From contig NC_092672.1 of assembly GCF_964355755.1 (NCBI RefSeq), positions 34,168,437-34,232,436 on the forward strand: a stretch of DNA of 64,000 bases. Reading direction: 5' to 3'. Positions 49,501 through 60,868 of the stretch are shown in pieces. The translations under genes were made by a program, and so were the position numbers. This DNA comes from Antedon mediterranea (lineage: Eukaryota; Animalia; Echinodermata). Within the stretch, counting starts at the first letter, position 1. Each line of letters opens with the position of its first letter. A model generated the notes under the pieces. The model was not told the DNA's origin. It searched no databases and saw only the letters and a list, made by a program, of their open reading frames with translations.

Positions 49501-51423
49501 AAAAGCAATGTCACACTTTATTATTTTCAATTAGTAAGCATTAGTAAATTGTACCAATACAATATTTTGAATAATAAGTATACATATTGCATGTGTCATT
49601 ACATTCATTTGGTGGTATACATTATTACAGCGAAGTGTTTTTAGCGTTCACCAAGATAGAGGGATGAGGTAACGAGTGTGAAAACTGCACATAGTAATTG
49701 TAATAATAATAATAAGACATTTGTGTTAATGTTTAGATTTATTGTTTATATTTAATGTTTATTTTCTGTATGCTTTATTATCATTAACTCTCACTGCACA
49801 ATTTTTACTGAAGCTCTCTGTCTACACTGTCAAACTTATGTGACAAAAAAAATGTGATGTTCCCATATATGGACATGATGATGTCATATCACTACCATAT
49901 TTGGGCACATCACATTTTTTTTGTCTAACTAGTTTGATAGTGTAGACAAAGCTTTAGTTCTTAATATTTGTTGATAAATAGAACTAAGTCAATGATCATT
50001 AATTAAAATGAATAAAATTAGCGGTTATGGGAGTATTGGGTGGGTATCGTTGTTTAAAAATACTGAACAGCATTTTCACACACACATAATTTTTTAGCAC
50101 AGAAGCCATTTTTTAAAGCACTGGCGTTATAATTACACTCACACTTAACATAACAGTTTTAATTACAGTATTATGAATAAATTTGTTACAATTGGAAAAA
50201 ATTGTTTTAATATTAGTTTTATACTTTTCAAGTAAAGTAAGAGATTACGGAAGCCTGTTCGGGCCACAAGTTAACTATATTTTAAAAGCTGTTATTTGGC
50301 GGCCGCCACTTAATTAACTGGCGGCCGCCACTTAATTATCTGGCGGCCGCCACTTAATAATTAGTACATGTCCCGTCACGTGACATGTACGTGCAGCAAA
50401 CTTTAATTCTATTCGGCTCTTTTACAACCATTACGTTCGGCTCTTTTAGCATTCGGCGCATTTCTATTTGGCCCATTTACCATATTTACGATTAAAGATG
50501 TGTTGAATAACCTAAAATTAATTCATCTTTTTACAAATTTTGAGAGAGAAAGGGTAAATTATTATTGTTAAAAGTTAGTCTGACACTAGACTAGGTCTAG
50601 CTAGCGGAGGCCATAAATCAAACCTTTTCTCTTTCAAAATAGTCAATAAGGTGGGACAATTGCAAGTTCTCTAACACATTAATCATGTCAATAAAATGAT
50701 TAGTCATATTGAAATAGCCTTCAAATGGCATCGATGGCGTTCCATATGCAACATCGCCTCTGATCCAATGCACGTACATGTCACGTGACGGGACATGTAC
50801 TAATTATTAAGTGGCGGCCGCCAGAAAATTAAGTGGCGGCCGCCAGATAATTAAGTGGCGGCCGCCAGATAACAGCTTTTAAAATATAGTTATCTTGTGG
50901 CCCGAACGGGCTTCCGTAAGAGATTTTCAGTCTTAATATAACATTTTTACCAAGCCAAACCAGGTGTTTTCCCCTAAAATCAATTTATTTTTTGATTAAA
51001 TATCATACATGTTTAAAAGATAAAAAACACTTGATTGTGAAAAAAGAAAATTCAACTCCCCATGGATTCAGGTAGGTATTCCTTCTTCCTTAACTGGGCT
51101 CCTGTCGTAAAACAGTCTGTTATCTAAAGCTCTGTCTACACTATCAAACTTTATGTGACAAAAAATGTGATGTGCCTATATAAGGCCATGATGATGTCAT
51201 ATCACTACCATATTTGGGCACATCACACTGTTGTCAAACTAGTTTGATAGTGTAGACAGAGCTTTAAGAATTACATGATATAATTATTATATTTATTGAT
51301 TTAAAATATCAATAATAAATATCAATAACAACAATAAGTAATAAACAATAATATGCTTTTTTATTTTTCAGTGAACTTGAGATGGGAAAACTGGATATGT
51401 ATGATTCTGAGGTCGTATCATAA
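40542..51423 (+). CDS. LRRC74B: LRRC74 family (LRRC74B-like) RNI-type LRR protein with two C-terminal EF-hands
   Basis: Exons 40542-40685, 41164-41314, 43063-43235, 44122-44229, 44588-44681, 44936-44985, 45660-45827, 46247-46441, 47077-47172, 47603-47845, 48419-48504, then last exon 51372-51423 (or 49631-49667). Motifs WDTDLE, YIEAC..NGVIAVSYFL, HHGLGPAGAKAIAIAL, LSWNHI, NNRISAEGA, DIQVNKDF; EF loops DKDGSMSVTYDE and DRDGDGDINYSE. The A versus B paralog call and the last exon are uncertain. Confidence 0.88.
43368..43779. mobile_element. MITE with ~35-bp TIRs and an internal ~88-bp tandem duplication, nested in a pogo-like MITE
   Basis: CAAAGAACTTAACACAAGAATCTCCTGTTC / GAACAGGAGATTCTTGTGTTATAAGTTCTTTG. 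Confidence 0.75.
44286..44491 (-). mobile_element. tRNA-derived (Gly-like) short SINE with A-rich tail (related copy ~36866-36985 +)
   Basis: Head TGGTGGTTAACATGCTTGCTTTCCAA...GGTTCA on the minus strand; poly-T on the plus strand; flanked by 28-bp direct repeats at 44258-44285 and 44492-44519. Confidence 0.65.
48555..48881. mobile_element. Kolobok-like MITE
   Basis: TTAA|AG..TATTGTCCCC ... GGGGAAAATACATCT|TTAA. A TTAA target with RR...YY ends is the Kolobok pattern. Confidence 0.75.
49325..49484. mobile_element. Dominant Harbinger-type MITE, copy
   Basis: TIRs with TTA...TTA. Confidence 0.9.
50247..50917. mobile_element. Young-looking non-autonomous DNA transposon with ~150-bp TIRs
   Basis: ACGGAAGCCTGTTCGGGCCACAAG... 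/ ...CTTGTGGCCCGAACGGGCTTCCGT; three GGCGGCCGCC palindromes per end; direct repeat AAGAGATT on both flanks. Confidence 0.9.
51128..51263. mobile_element. Dominant Harbinger-type MITE, copy
   Basis: Perfect TIRs; TAA/TTA flanks. Confidence 0.9.
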
Positions 51424-52575
51424 TGTTGAATTTTTGTCAATTCACTCATTTGAGCAGTACTTCGTGAAAGTTGTGATTGCAACATCACAATCTACCGGTC
51501 TACGTACCCGCCTACTCTGCACAAGTCCGCCTTATTTGTAATCTATTTTGGTGCTTTATTGTATATGAATGTATGTATTTTAGTCTTCTGTTTTTTTGTA
51601 AAATATTTATATACACAATAGTATGTTTTAGTAGATAGTTTTATATTTTAAAAGGGTGGAATATACAGAGAAATTATAAATTAAATAGTTGCATTCTGGG
51701 AAGGGTGGTTACTAATCCAGCCATAACATTGGCAAGGGTTCGAGACTTGCTCGTTCTGGTGGTAGAACAAGTCTTCTCGGATAAGGTCTATACTGTGTCG
51801 TGGACAGATGAGAGAGTGCCTTATAGTGGCTGCACTGACATAACGTGACCCTTAGGGGAGAAGCATGTAGTTGATAATGTGTAACATCTGAGTCCACAGC
51901 ACATAGAGACTATTTGTATTATGCGCTATACAAATTTAAAACCATTAACTATATAAATGAGAGGTGTAATCTTGGAAAATGTGTTTGTCTTTCCAAAAGT
52001 TGTATATACCACATTCATTTTGTACTTCCTTGCAATTGTCCTCAATATATATATTTTTAAATCATGCAACATTTTCAGTAATGAAAAATATATTTTATAT
52101 GAATGTTTATACGAATTTCAGATGCATTATAGCCACAGAATTGCATGGTGAAAATCAAAACAATTCCAATGTTGATCATTTTAAATGTACACTTATATGT
52201 GAGTGAATAAAAAAATGGTAGAAAAAGACTAGTATATAGTATGTTTGGTTGAGGTGGTTTGATTTGTTATCTGGTGTCTTGCAAAAACTACTTTAACAAA
52301 AACAAAAGATACATAAACATTATTTTAAAAGCCTCTACTGCAAATTTTATTTTTATTTACACATTAAAAGAAAATGTCAGCAACATACATGTCCAAAAAT
52401 AATTATACTTTAATCTGATTTGATTCATTAGCAAACCAGCAGCAAATAACATGAAAAAAACATTAATGTTTGAATCATGTTTAGAGATCAACTCTATAAA
52501 AGGTGGTTTACATATATAATTTAATATTTACAATATATAAATACTGATATTGTATTTTTTTAATATATATTTTAA

Positions 52576-52765
52576 AGATATATTGTCCCCCTAAAAAATT
52601 GTTTTTCACATTTTTGTTGGACATGCCATTATATTGTCACAATGTTATTCATTTTACCAAAAATTGGATGCATTTTTCCCTATGAAATTAAAGCTGCAAA
52701 ATGGACTATTCAAAGTCTGATTTTATTAATCTTCATTTTTCATGATTTTGGGGGACAATACATCT
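52576..52765. mobile_element. Kolobok-like MITE, internally deleted
   Basis: TTAA|AGATATATTGTCCCC ... GGGGACAATACATCT|TTAA. Confidence 0.8.
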
Positions 52766-52981
52766 TTAAGATTTCACAATTATATAACATCAACACTGCA
52801 TTTTATAACAAGACCAGGTAGATTTAGTACATTGCACATTTTACCAAGTGAATTGTTTTAGGCAGGGCCACAAAAAATTTTTTTTTTAAATCAAGTGTAT
52901 CAATCTATAAAATAACTTATTTGCAAATGCACCTTTTCCATTCTATAGGAAAAGTATTGTATACAGGGTTTCGTTTGGTTA

Positions 52982-53188
52982 TACAAGTAACCCCTAAAGG
53001 CTAATTTACACAGGCGAGTGGTAATAAAAATGTAGAACCTATGTTATTTCTTATGACCATTTACACAAAGTGTGGAGCGGACAGGAGGTTTTCGCTCAGG
53101 AAAGATGATACAGATTCTATGTGGGACAACTACAAGGTTTTCCACTTATCACTTGTTCCTGTCAATTAGCCTGTAGTGAGGATTGTAA
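52982..53188. mobile_element. Old TIR element (TcMar-like)
   Basis: Degenerate inverted ends ...AGGCTAATTTACACAGG / CCTGTCAATTAGCCT..., with TA flanks. Confidence 0.45.
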
Positions 53189-53296
53189 ATTTGGAGCTTC
53201 TTTTTCTTACAAAGGGGGCATGATGCTAAGATGAGCTAAGTCAGTTAAGCCTATTTACCATCACTTTCACTGCATGTCTCTAGTGCAAAAAGGTTT

Positions 53297-53388
53297 TACC
53301 CCCTGGCTATTACCCCCTGGCTACAACCCCCTGGCTACATCCCCCTGGCTACATCCCCCTGGCTACATCCCCCTGGCTACATCCCCCT
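53297..53388. repeat. 14-bp minisatellite CCCCCTGGCTACAT (~6 units)
   Basis: Directly visible tandem units. Confidence 0.92.
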
Positions 53389-54199
53389 TCATTTAGCATT
53401 GTATGTTTACAAAGTTTATTTATATACTGTAAGCTTATGTATACTACAGCTTCTGAACATTACTTTATTATAAAAAATGTATTTACGCTTAGTGATGTAA
53501 CACGCAACACAAGCGTATTTAATTTTCTCTAGTGTGCAACATTCAATTGACATACAATGAGTTTTATTGTATTTAAAATTCATATAATTGTCTTGCATAC
53601 AATTGTACTATTGCACCTGAGAAAGTTTAAACATTTATCAGCATTACAAAATTTCTTACATTAAATTACAACATTTTCAAAAACTTGACCGTCACATACA
53701 AACTTATCGTATTTTGATTGTAAATAAAAAATGATAACAATAATTATAAAAGTTAGTTAAAACTACATTCTGGTTAAAAATTTTAAATAAATGTTTGATT
53801 AAAAATCATTGTAAAAATAATCTACCTCAATATGAACTTATGCATCAATATTTTACTGTTAAAATATTTTCAAATGCAAAATTTTAAAGAAATAAGTTCA
53901 TCTTTACTTTATTTTCTGTTGGAAACACATGGTGTACCACAAACCTGACTTTACTATTAAAGTCAGGTCAAAGTTCAAAGTCCCAACCAATCTATAAGCT
54001 TACGTGCCAAGTATCCTAGCATTTCATGAACACATAGTGCCTTGTTCTGGCATCTATATGATAACTCTATAACCATCATAACTTACTTTCATGTGCATTG
54101 CTTTTTCACATACTATATTGCATATAACACAATGTGTGTTCTTCCAATACACTATCTGTGATATGTGTAACATTGTAAGAACCAAGGTGCTCGCTCATA

Positions 54200-57100
54200 T
54201 TATTTGTACTCCGACATTTCCATATCTGTTGAGTTAGGTGTTAACTGCAAAAGAAGATAATTAAATTTATTCAGTGAGTTATCACACTGATGATGTAGGT
54301 ACAATGACACTCCATAAATGTTGGTATAGCGCACTCTGTTGATGCAGGAAGTACAGCAGACTTTCTGTGACTAAACATTAAATTGTACGATAATAAGAGG
54401 TTTTTTTTGCATTAAATTAAAAATGACTTCATACAGTGGCGCAGGTAGTATAAGATTCATCATCATCATCTTAAATGCTAGTTGTTGTTAGACATTGCGC
54501 GTCTCACTTGTGTTCACCATTCTGTACGTTTTTTAGTAATGTGTGTAAAAGTCCGCATGTTTCCTTTTTGAGTATAAGCATAGAGGTATAAAATAAGCCG
54601 CCTCTATATGGTATATGTGTGATTTGAAGTTAAATCCCCATATTTTACTAATAATTATCTAAGCTATTAAAGAAATGAAATAAATGAAGTACTCACCTTA
54701 AAAGGGGCACTGACTCCAAGCGTACAGTCCATAACGCTACTATAGTAACACAAAATAAATTTATCATAAATACAATCGTCTGGTAAATATTCTGACTGAA
54801 TTGTAACTTGGTGTTTGCATGTTTGCTTCGATAAAGATTTCATATCTGCCCACACATAGGTGACATAGTCACGTTCAATGTTGCTAAATTCATACTGTTG
54901 AGAAAAATAAAAATTAAGAAATACATTATTATGTCAAAACCTTTGGTACACACATTTTTGGAGAATAACATAGATTGCATTGTTCTATATTAATAATTTA
55001 GTTTATTGAGAGTTATTATTCTTTAGGCTTTGTAGGTAGGGCTACTGTATAAGCTTTATTTCATCAAAGTAGTCAGTTTTAGTGTTAAGCTCTGTCTACA
55101 CTATCACACTTTATGTGACAACAAAATGTGATGTGCCCATATGGACATGATGATGTCATATCACTACCATTTTTAAGCATATCACTACTATATTTCAGCA
55201 CATCACACTTTTTTTGTCAAACTAGTTTGATAGTGTAGATAGAGCTTTATACATAGCAGGAAGGACATATGGAAGACAAGCTGGCCTGCTAAGTAGCATC
55301 TTATCCATTTTATTTACCTTGTAAAGTCCTATCCAATCCCAGCTACTTGTCTTTGTATCCCTAGCAATTGTGTAAGTGCATACAGCATCACGTCCACTGG
55401 ACCATGACTTCACAGGTGAGAACCTCACAAGAGGTGTGGCACCATCAATAGGGAGCTAGCAAGCAAACAAAACAAACAAATATTCAGAATTGTCAGAGAT
55501 TCAGAATGCATGCAAGAATAGAGAAGAATTTTAAAGCACTCTCGCAGTGTGTTGGATGTTGGACTATTGATTGTTAGATCGCGAGTTTGAATCCAAAGCT
55601 CGTTGCATTGCTTGTATCCTTAGGCAAGATACTTTACCTACGTTTGCCGCTCTCCACCCAGGTGTACATATGCATATGCACTTCCGGGAAAAAAACGAAA
55701 AAAATAATGTTTTCTCATATAAAATGACAAAATAAAATTCAACCATCAACTATTTTTTGCTGTAAATATTACAGTTTTTTCAGGTAAATAGTGGATAACT
55801 AATTATGTGACGTTAAAATGGCATATTCAACAACAAAAAATAAAAAAAATAATTTTTCCAGGTGGACAATACATCTTTAAGTAAATACCTTGAGTTGAAA
55901 GTAAGCAGTAACAGGTCTATGATCACTATGGTCCATGTCAGGTTGTGAATGGTACTCCAACTGTTTCAAGAGTGGTTCCACACTCCCTGAATACTCCTTC
56001 CATAATATACGATCTGTCCAAGCTGGAACTCTTTGCTTTGGACTGAAAGAAACAAACACAAATTTATTCTATTAAGGGACGGCTTCTTGACACAAAAAAG
56101 GTGTCTCCTTAATGGATGTTCCCTGGGTTGGTCATAGTTAAAACATTATGTATAACTCTATGTGACAACAAAATGTGATATGGCCATATATGGACATGAT
56201 GTCATATTTGGGCCCATCACTTTTTTTTTGTCAAACAAGTTTGATAGTGTAGACAGCGCTGTAGTCTGTTTCAAAGGTACAGTAAAAGGGATGTTCCCTG
56301 AAAAGGGGTTGACTGTTACTGCCCCTCATTCTTCATGAGAAAGTGTCCACTACATTAGTGTTTTTATATCTTTAAGAGCCTATATTAAAAGGTTACACAC
56401 AATCTGGCCATAAGTTGTAATGTTACTATATTTTTAAAAATAAAAGTATTTATTACTTAATATGGGTGTTAAAGAGGGGCTCTACTAAATAATATTATTA
56501 TTAATAATACTATCATTTCTATGTTGTTTTCTGGATAGCAATGATTCTGTCTGAAAAGGAATGACTCATAACAAACACTTTAATAATTCAAGAATATCAT
56601 TCAAATTATATGACATCTCATTATCATGAGCGTCCACATAGAATTCAATTATGATCAAATTACAATACAAAATTCATGAATATGAATTCTAAGATCAGAA
56701 CATTAAAAGCCATATTTGTAATTGTACAGTATAGTTAATATTAAAATTGGTCATAATGTTTATCATAAAATACGTACACATCTGAGTCATTAGGGAGCTT
56801 TCGCGTTGCACTGACCGATGACCTACGCATTGATGTGTCATCAGGCATCACCTTGATCTAGAAAGCACCAAAACTGTGTTGAGAAATAGAGCGAGGAAGC
56901 ATGTCCTTCACTGCATATGCGCAATGAATTAACATAGAAAGTTTCTAGGTCTCAAAAATCAAATGCTCCCTATTATGTTGTGTTGCATAACAAAAATTAA
57001 AAGAACCTTACCTAGTGTCATAATTAGAGGTGCCTGGGTCAAATTTATAAGTTGGTGGAAAACTAATCTCTCCTTCCTTGAATCCTATAATCTCCTCTTC

Positions 57101-60100
57101 TTCGTTTAGTGTTATCTTCAGTTGATCTTTCTCTTTTAATGGTTCTAATTTATCTTGGTTTAGATTAACTAAGGCTTCTTCGCGACTTGTTCCTTCAAGG
57201 CGGAAATTTAGATCACCTAATACGAACACAAAACTGTTCAAACAGGAAGATAAATATTTAGGTTTATATAAACAATTTCATACAAGTTTCATAGTCCTCC
57301 ACCAATCAGAATTAAGTTTTATAGTCCTGTGGCTGTCTCCACCAATCAGAATTAAGTTTCATAGTCCCGTGGCTGTCTCCATCAATCAGAATTAAGTCAG
57401 ATATTTCCCTTAACTGTTAAGTATTCTACTTAACTAAATAAATATTTAAGTATTTCCCTTAAATTGTATTCACTTAGATAGGAGAATTTTGTTTTATTTC
57501 AAGCCTACAGTAAGTGTGAATGGTGAATACTGCGACTGGTACAGTATATAAGTATTACATGCTAGTTTTGGTTATGTTTTTATGAATATTAAGAGCCTTA
57601 TATGGTAAAGAGCTCCTCATAAATATTCAGATTATTTATTTACCTTTGTCTGTTAAAATGTGTTTCTTTCCTAATATGGTCAAATTGTATCTAATTTCTA
57701 TATTATTTTCATATTTATATTCTCTAATAAATTATTTATGAATAGAAATTAAGAAAAATTATTGATTTGTTTTAAAGCTTTTGACACCCAATCAACAGTA
57801 TTACAAGAGCAAAGCGATTGACAATCAATAAACAACACTTTTGATGTGAAATGATACTACTGTACTAACTTTTGATGATAACAAATTATGTTAAAAATAC
57901 TATTAAATATGTATTGTCCTCCAAAAACATGGAAAATAAGATTGATAACATCAGACTTTAAATAGTCCATTTTGCAGTTTTAATCAAGTTAATCACTTTC
58001 GTATTAAAAAAAAACGAACAAAAATAATGTTTTATAAATAAATAATAATAATGGCTGGCAGTCAATTTAAGTTTTTTTTAAGGTATTTTTTGTTTTTGAT
58101 GGTAAAAGTGAATAACTATTATGCAACATTAAAATAGCATATTCAACAAAAAATATTAAACAAATATTTTTTCAGGGGGACAATACATCTTTAATCAACC
58201 ATAATCATTACTTTTAAGCAACATCCAAGGACATATAAACAGACAACACTTATGTAATATTTAACAGCGGCTTAATTTGAATAAACCTAATTGACCCAAT
58301 TTCTTAGATTATCTTATTCTGTAATCTGTGATTCAAAATACAACCTGTCATGCCAAGAAGCTGGTTATTTGTGTGCGAATTTGTACCATCCATAAATAAT
58401 GAATGATAGATTCACAAGGTGTACTAAGCATTTGTATAACGGCATCCAATTGGCGACATCATAAAAAATACCATTAGTTTTCTAAATGGCTTGGCTTAAC
58501 ATTAGATCAGCTGAATAGCACACATACATTTGTAATTACAACGTGCTAATGCAGTACAAAGTCCACTTAGATTTGTCATTGCTATGACGACACAACAAAA
58601 TATGTAAAAACTATTGATTCCCGACAAAATAATATTTGTATATTTAGTAAAAATATAAATTCAAATACAAAGGCAAAGCACTGAAATAATGACAATGCTG
58701 TGGGTATCAGTGGCTGGATCTCAATGGAGATACAAAAAAAATACTGACAATGCTGTGGGTATCAGTGGCTGGATCTCAATGGAGATACAAAATAAAATAA
58801 TGACAATGCTGTTGGTATCAGTGGCTGGATCTCAATGGAGATACAAAATAAAATAATGACAATGCTGTTGGTATCTGTGGCTGGATCTCAATTGAGATAC
58901 AAAATAAAATAATGCCAATGCCGTTAGTATCAGTGGCTGGATCTCAATGGAGATACAAAAAAAAATAATGACAATGCTGTGGGTATCAGTGGCTGGATCT
59001 CAATGGAGATACAAAATAAAATAATGACAATGCTGTGGGTATCAGTGGCTGGATCTCAATGGAGATACAAAATAAAATAATGACAATGCTGTGGGTATCA
59101 GTGGCTGGATCTCAATGCAGATACAAAATAAAATAATGACAATGCTGTGGGTATCAGTGGCTAGATCTCAATGCAGATAAAAAAATTAAATTAAAACAAT
59201 AAAGTAAAACAGCCAGAAAAGTTAGCAGAGCTTTTGGGCAACACTAGCCCTTCATCAGTGCAAGTGAGAGTACTTGGACAAAGTAGATATATAAAACAGA
59301 CAAGCACTGCCTGAGTGGAATAAAAGAAATAAAAACAAAGGGAGGCGCAGGCTGGACAAATATAGATATATTCAACACTAATATTTGCCAATCTTTAAAA
59401 AGAATTTTTATATTGTTATTTTATTATAATAAAGAACAAATAAAGCATTTTCAGTATTCAGTATTCATACCTGTGGTCTAGTATATTCAAGTTGTTACCA
59501 AGACTAAAATTCTGATCTTCAAATATCTGTGTAATTTCTTTGCGTCTTTTATCCCATTGGTCAGCATGAGGTGTCAGGTGCCAGTTGGATATACAGACAC
59601 TACGCCCGTAACAATCCATGCGTATCGTTACGCTTCCTTTATTACCCTACAATATAAAAAACACAAATAGAAATAATTTCTACTTTTCAAATACTGTATA
59701 TCTTGCTCTTCGAGGAGAATAGGGCATTTATCGGTTTATCCAGGTAAGCTACGCACGAAATACTGAAGACAATACATTTTCTCTTTATATATCATATGTA
59801 TTATAGGGTTCCTCATGAGATAAGCTTACTAACCACCTGTTTATATTTAAAACTATTGATAAAATGTCCTCGTATTATAGACGAAAACATTTATTTTTAT
59901 CTAAAAATAGAATATGGTGCAATTTTTCACCCATAAACCTGCTATGCCCGTCCTTGTGACCGTTGTCATTATATTGTGAAAAAATGGAACGTGATGTAGT
60001 TTAGTATAAACAACAATAAGTAATCCTTGCAGACGAGCAGACTTCACCTGAAAGAAAAAAACAAAAAATAACATAGTTAAATTACTATGTGTAATATCTA

Positions 60101-60868
60101 CTGACTATATTTACTGTACCATTTATGGAGAGGGGTGTTCAATGAATGTTCTACTTTTCGAGTATATCTTGCTCATCAAGGAGAATAGGACTTTTATCGG
60201 TTTATCCAGGTAAGCTAGGCACAAAATAGACAATACATTTTCTTTTCATGTATCATATGTATTGTAGGGTCCCTCATGAGACAAGCTTTTGCTGTTAATG
60301 TGGGTCCCATAACTGAATAAATGTGGAATAAATGAATGAAATGAATAACAACATCTCATGAGACTGAGTGATCAAATATAGTAATTTGCCATATATTTTC
60401 CACACTCACTCACTCACACAGTCAAAGACCTCACTACCATCTCTGTCTGCTATTCAAATTCTTTATATTCTTTACAACTCACTTGCATAAGGTGTCTAGA
60501 TTTCATCACTGCGTCCATTGCTTCTGTCCAGGGGTCATCGACAAATACCGCTTGGACAATCTCATGCGGCTTTGAGCTGACCTCTTGGAGACCAATAACA
60601 CAGATATCTGGATCAAAACTTAGTAGCCGCTCCAGCAACTGTTGTAACTGCTTAGGCGGGTCAAGGGTCGCGACATTCCACGTACAGACACTAATGCTGT
60701 AACATGAATTCACACTTCAATTAAAAATAAATTTTGAGACAAATATATAGTGTCTTATTAGTCCAGTTCAATCTGTAGTACTACAGTAGTAGTAATGAAT
60801 ATTATGACTGAGAAAAGTTAAGAATTATAAAAAATCATCATTAACACTTACCCTATTGTATCTGCCAT
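54200..60868 (-). CDS. INPP5K: Inositol polyphosphate 5-phosphatase K/J-like (5-phosphatase + SKICH), 9 exons, ~426 aa
   Basis: Exons 60868-60852, 60696-60483, 60047-59931, 59646-59471, 57233-57012, 56042-55889, 55455-55318, 54894-54697, 54244-54200 (1281 nt, in phase). Motifs TWNVA, IGLQEV, GLWGNKG, GDLNFR, FPPTYKFD, PAWTDRILW, SDHRPV, and SKICH WDWIGLYK...DYVTYVWA. Confidence 0.92.
55088..55246. mobile_element. Dominant Harbinger-type MITE, copy
   Basis: TIRs with TTA...TTA. Confidence 0.9.
56792..56971. mobile_element. Possible short-TIR MITE
   Basis: TAGGGAGC...GCTCCCTA ends around a GC-richer 180 bp; single copy in the window. Confidence 0.4.
57284..57397. repeat. ~39-bp tandem repeat (3 units) containing CCAATCAG
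   Basis: AAGTTTCATAGTCC(..GTGGCTGTC)TCCACCAATCAGAATT units. Confidence 0.85.
57907..58190. mobile_element. Kolobok-like MITE (opposite orientation)
   Basis: TTAA|ATATGTATTGTCCTCC ... GGGGACAATACATCT|TTAA. Confidence 0.75.
58684..59180. repeat. 56-bp minisatellite, 9 units, in INPP5K intron 4
   Basis: Unit AATAATGACAATGCTGTGGGTATCAGTGGCTGGATCTCAATGGAGATACAAAATAA; GACAATGC-like starts at 58691, 58746, 58802, 58858, 58914, 58970, 59026, 59082, 59138. Confidence 0.96.

Noticed and set aside
58684-59180. CRISPR-like array (also considered for 949-1148, 13121-13437 and 33149-33495)
   Set aside because: Units are contiguous with no unique spacers, no cas genes are present, and the context is a eukaryotic intron or promoter.
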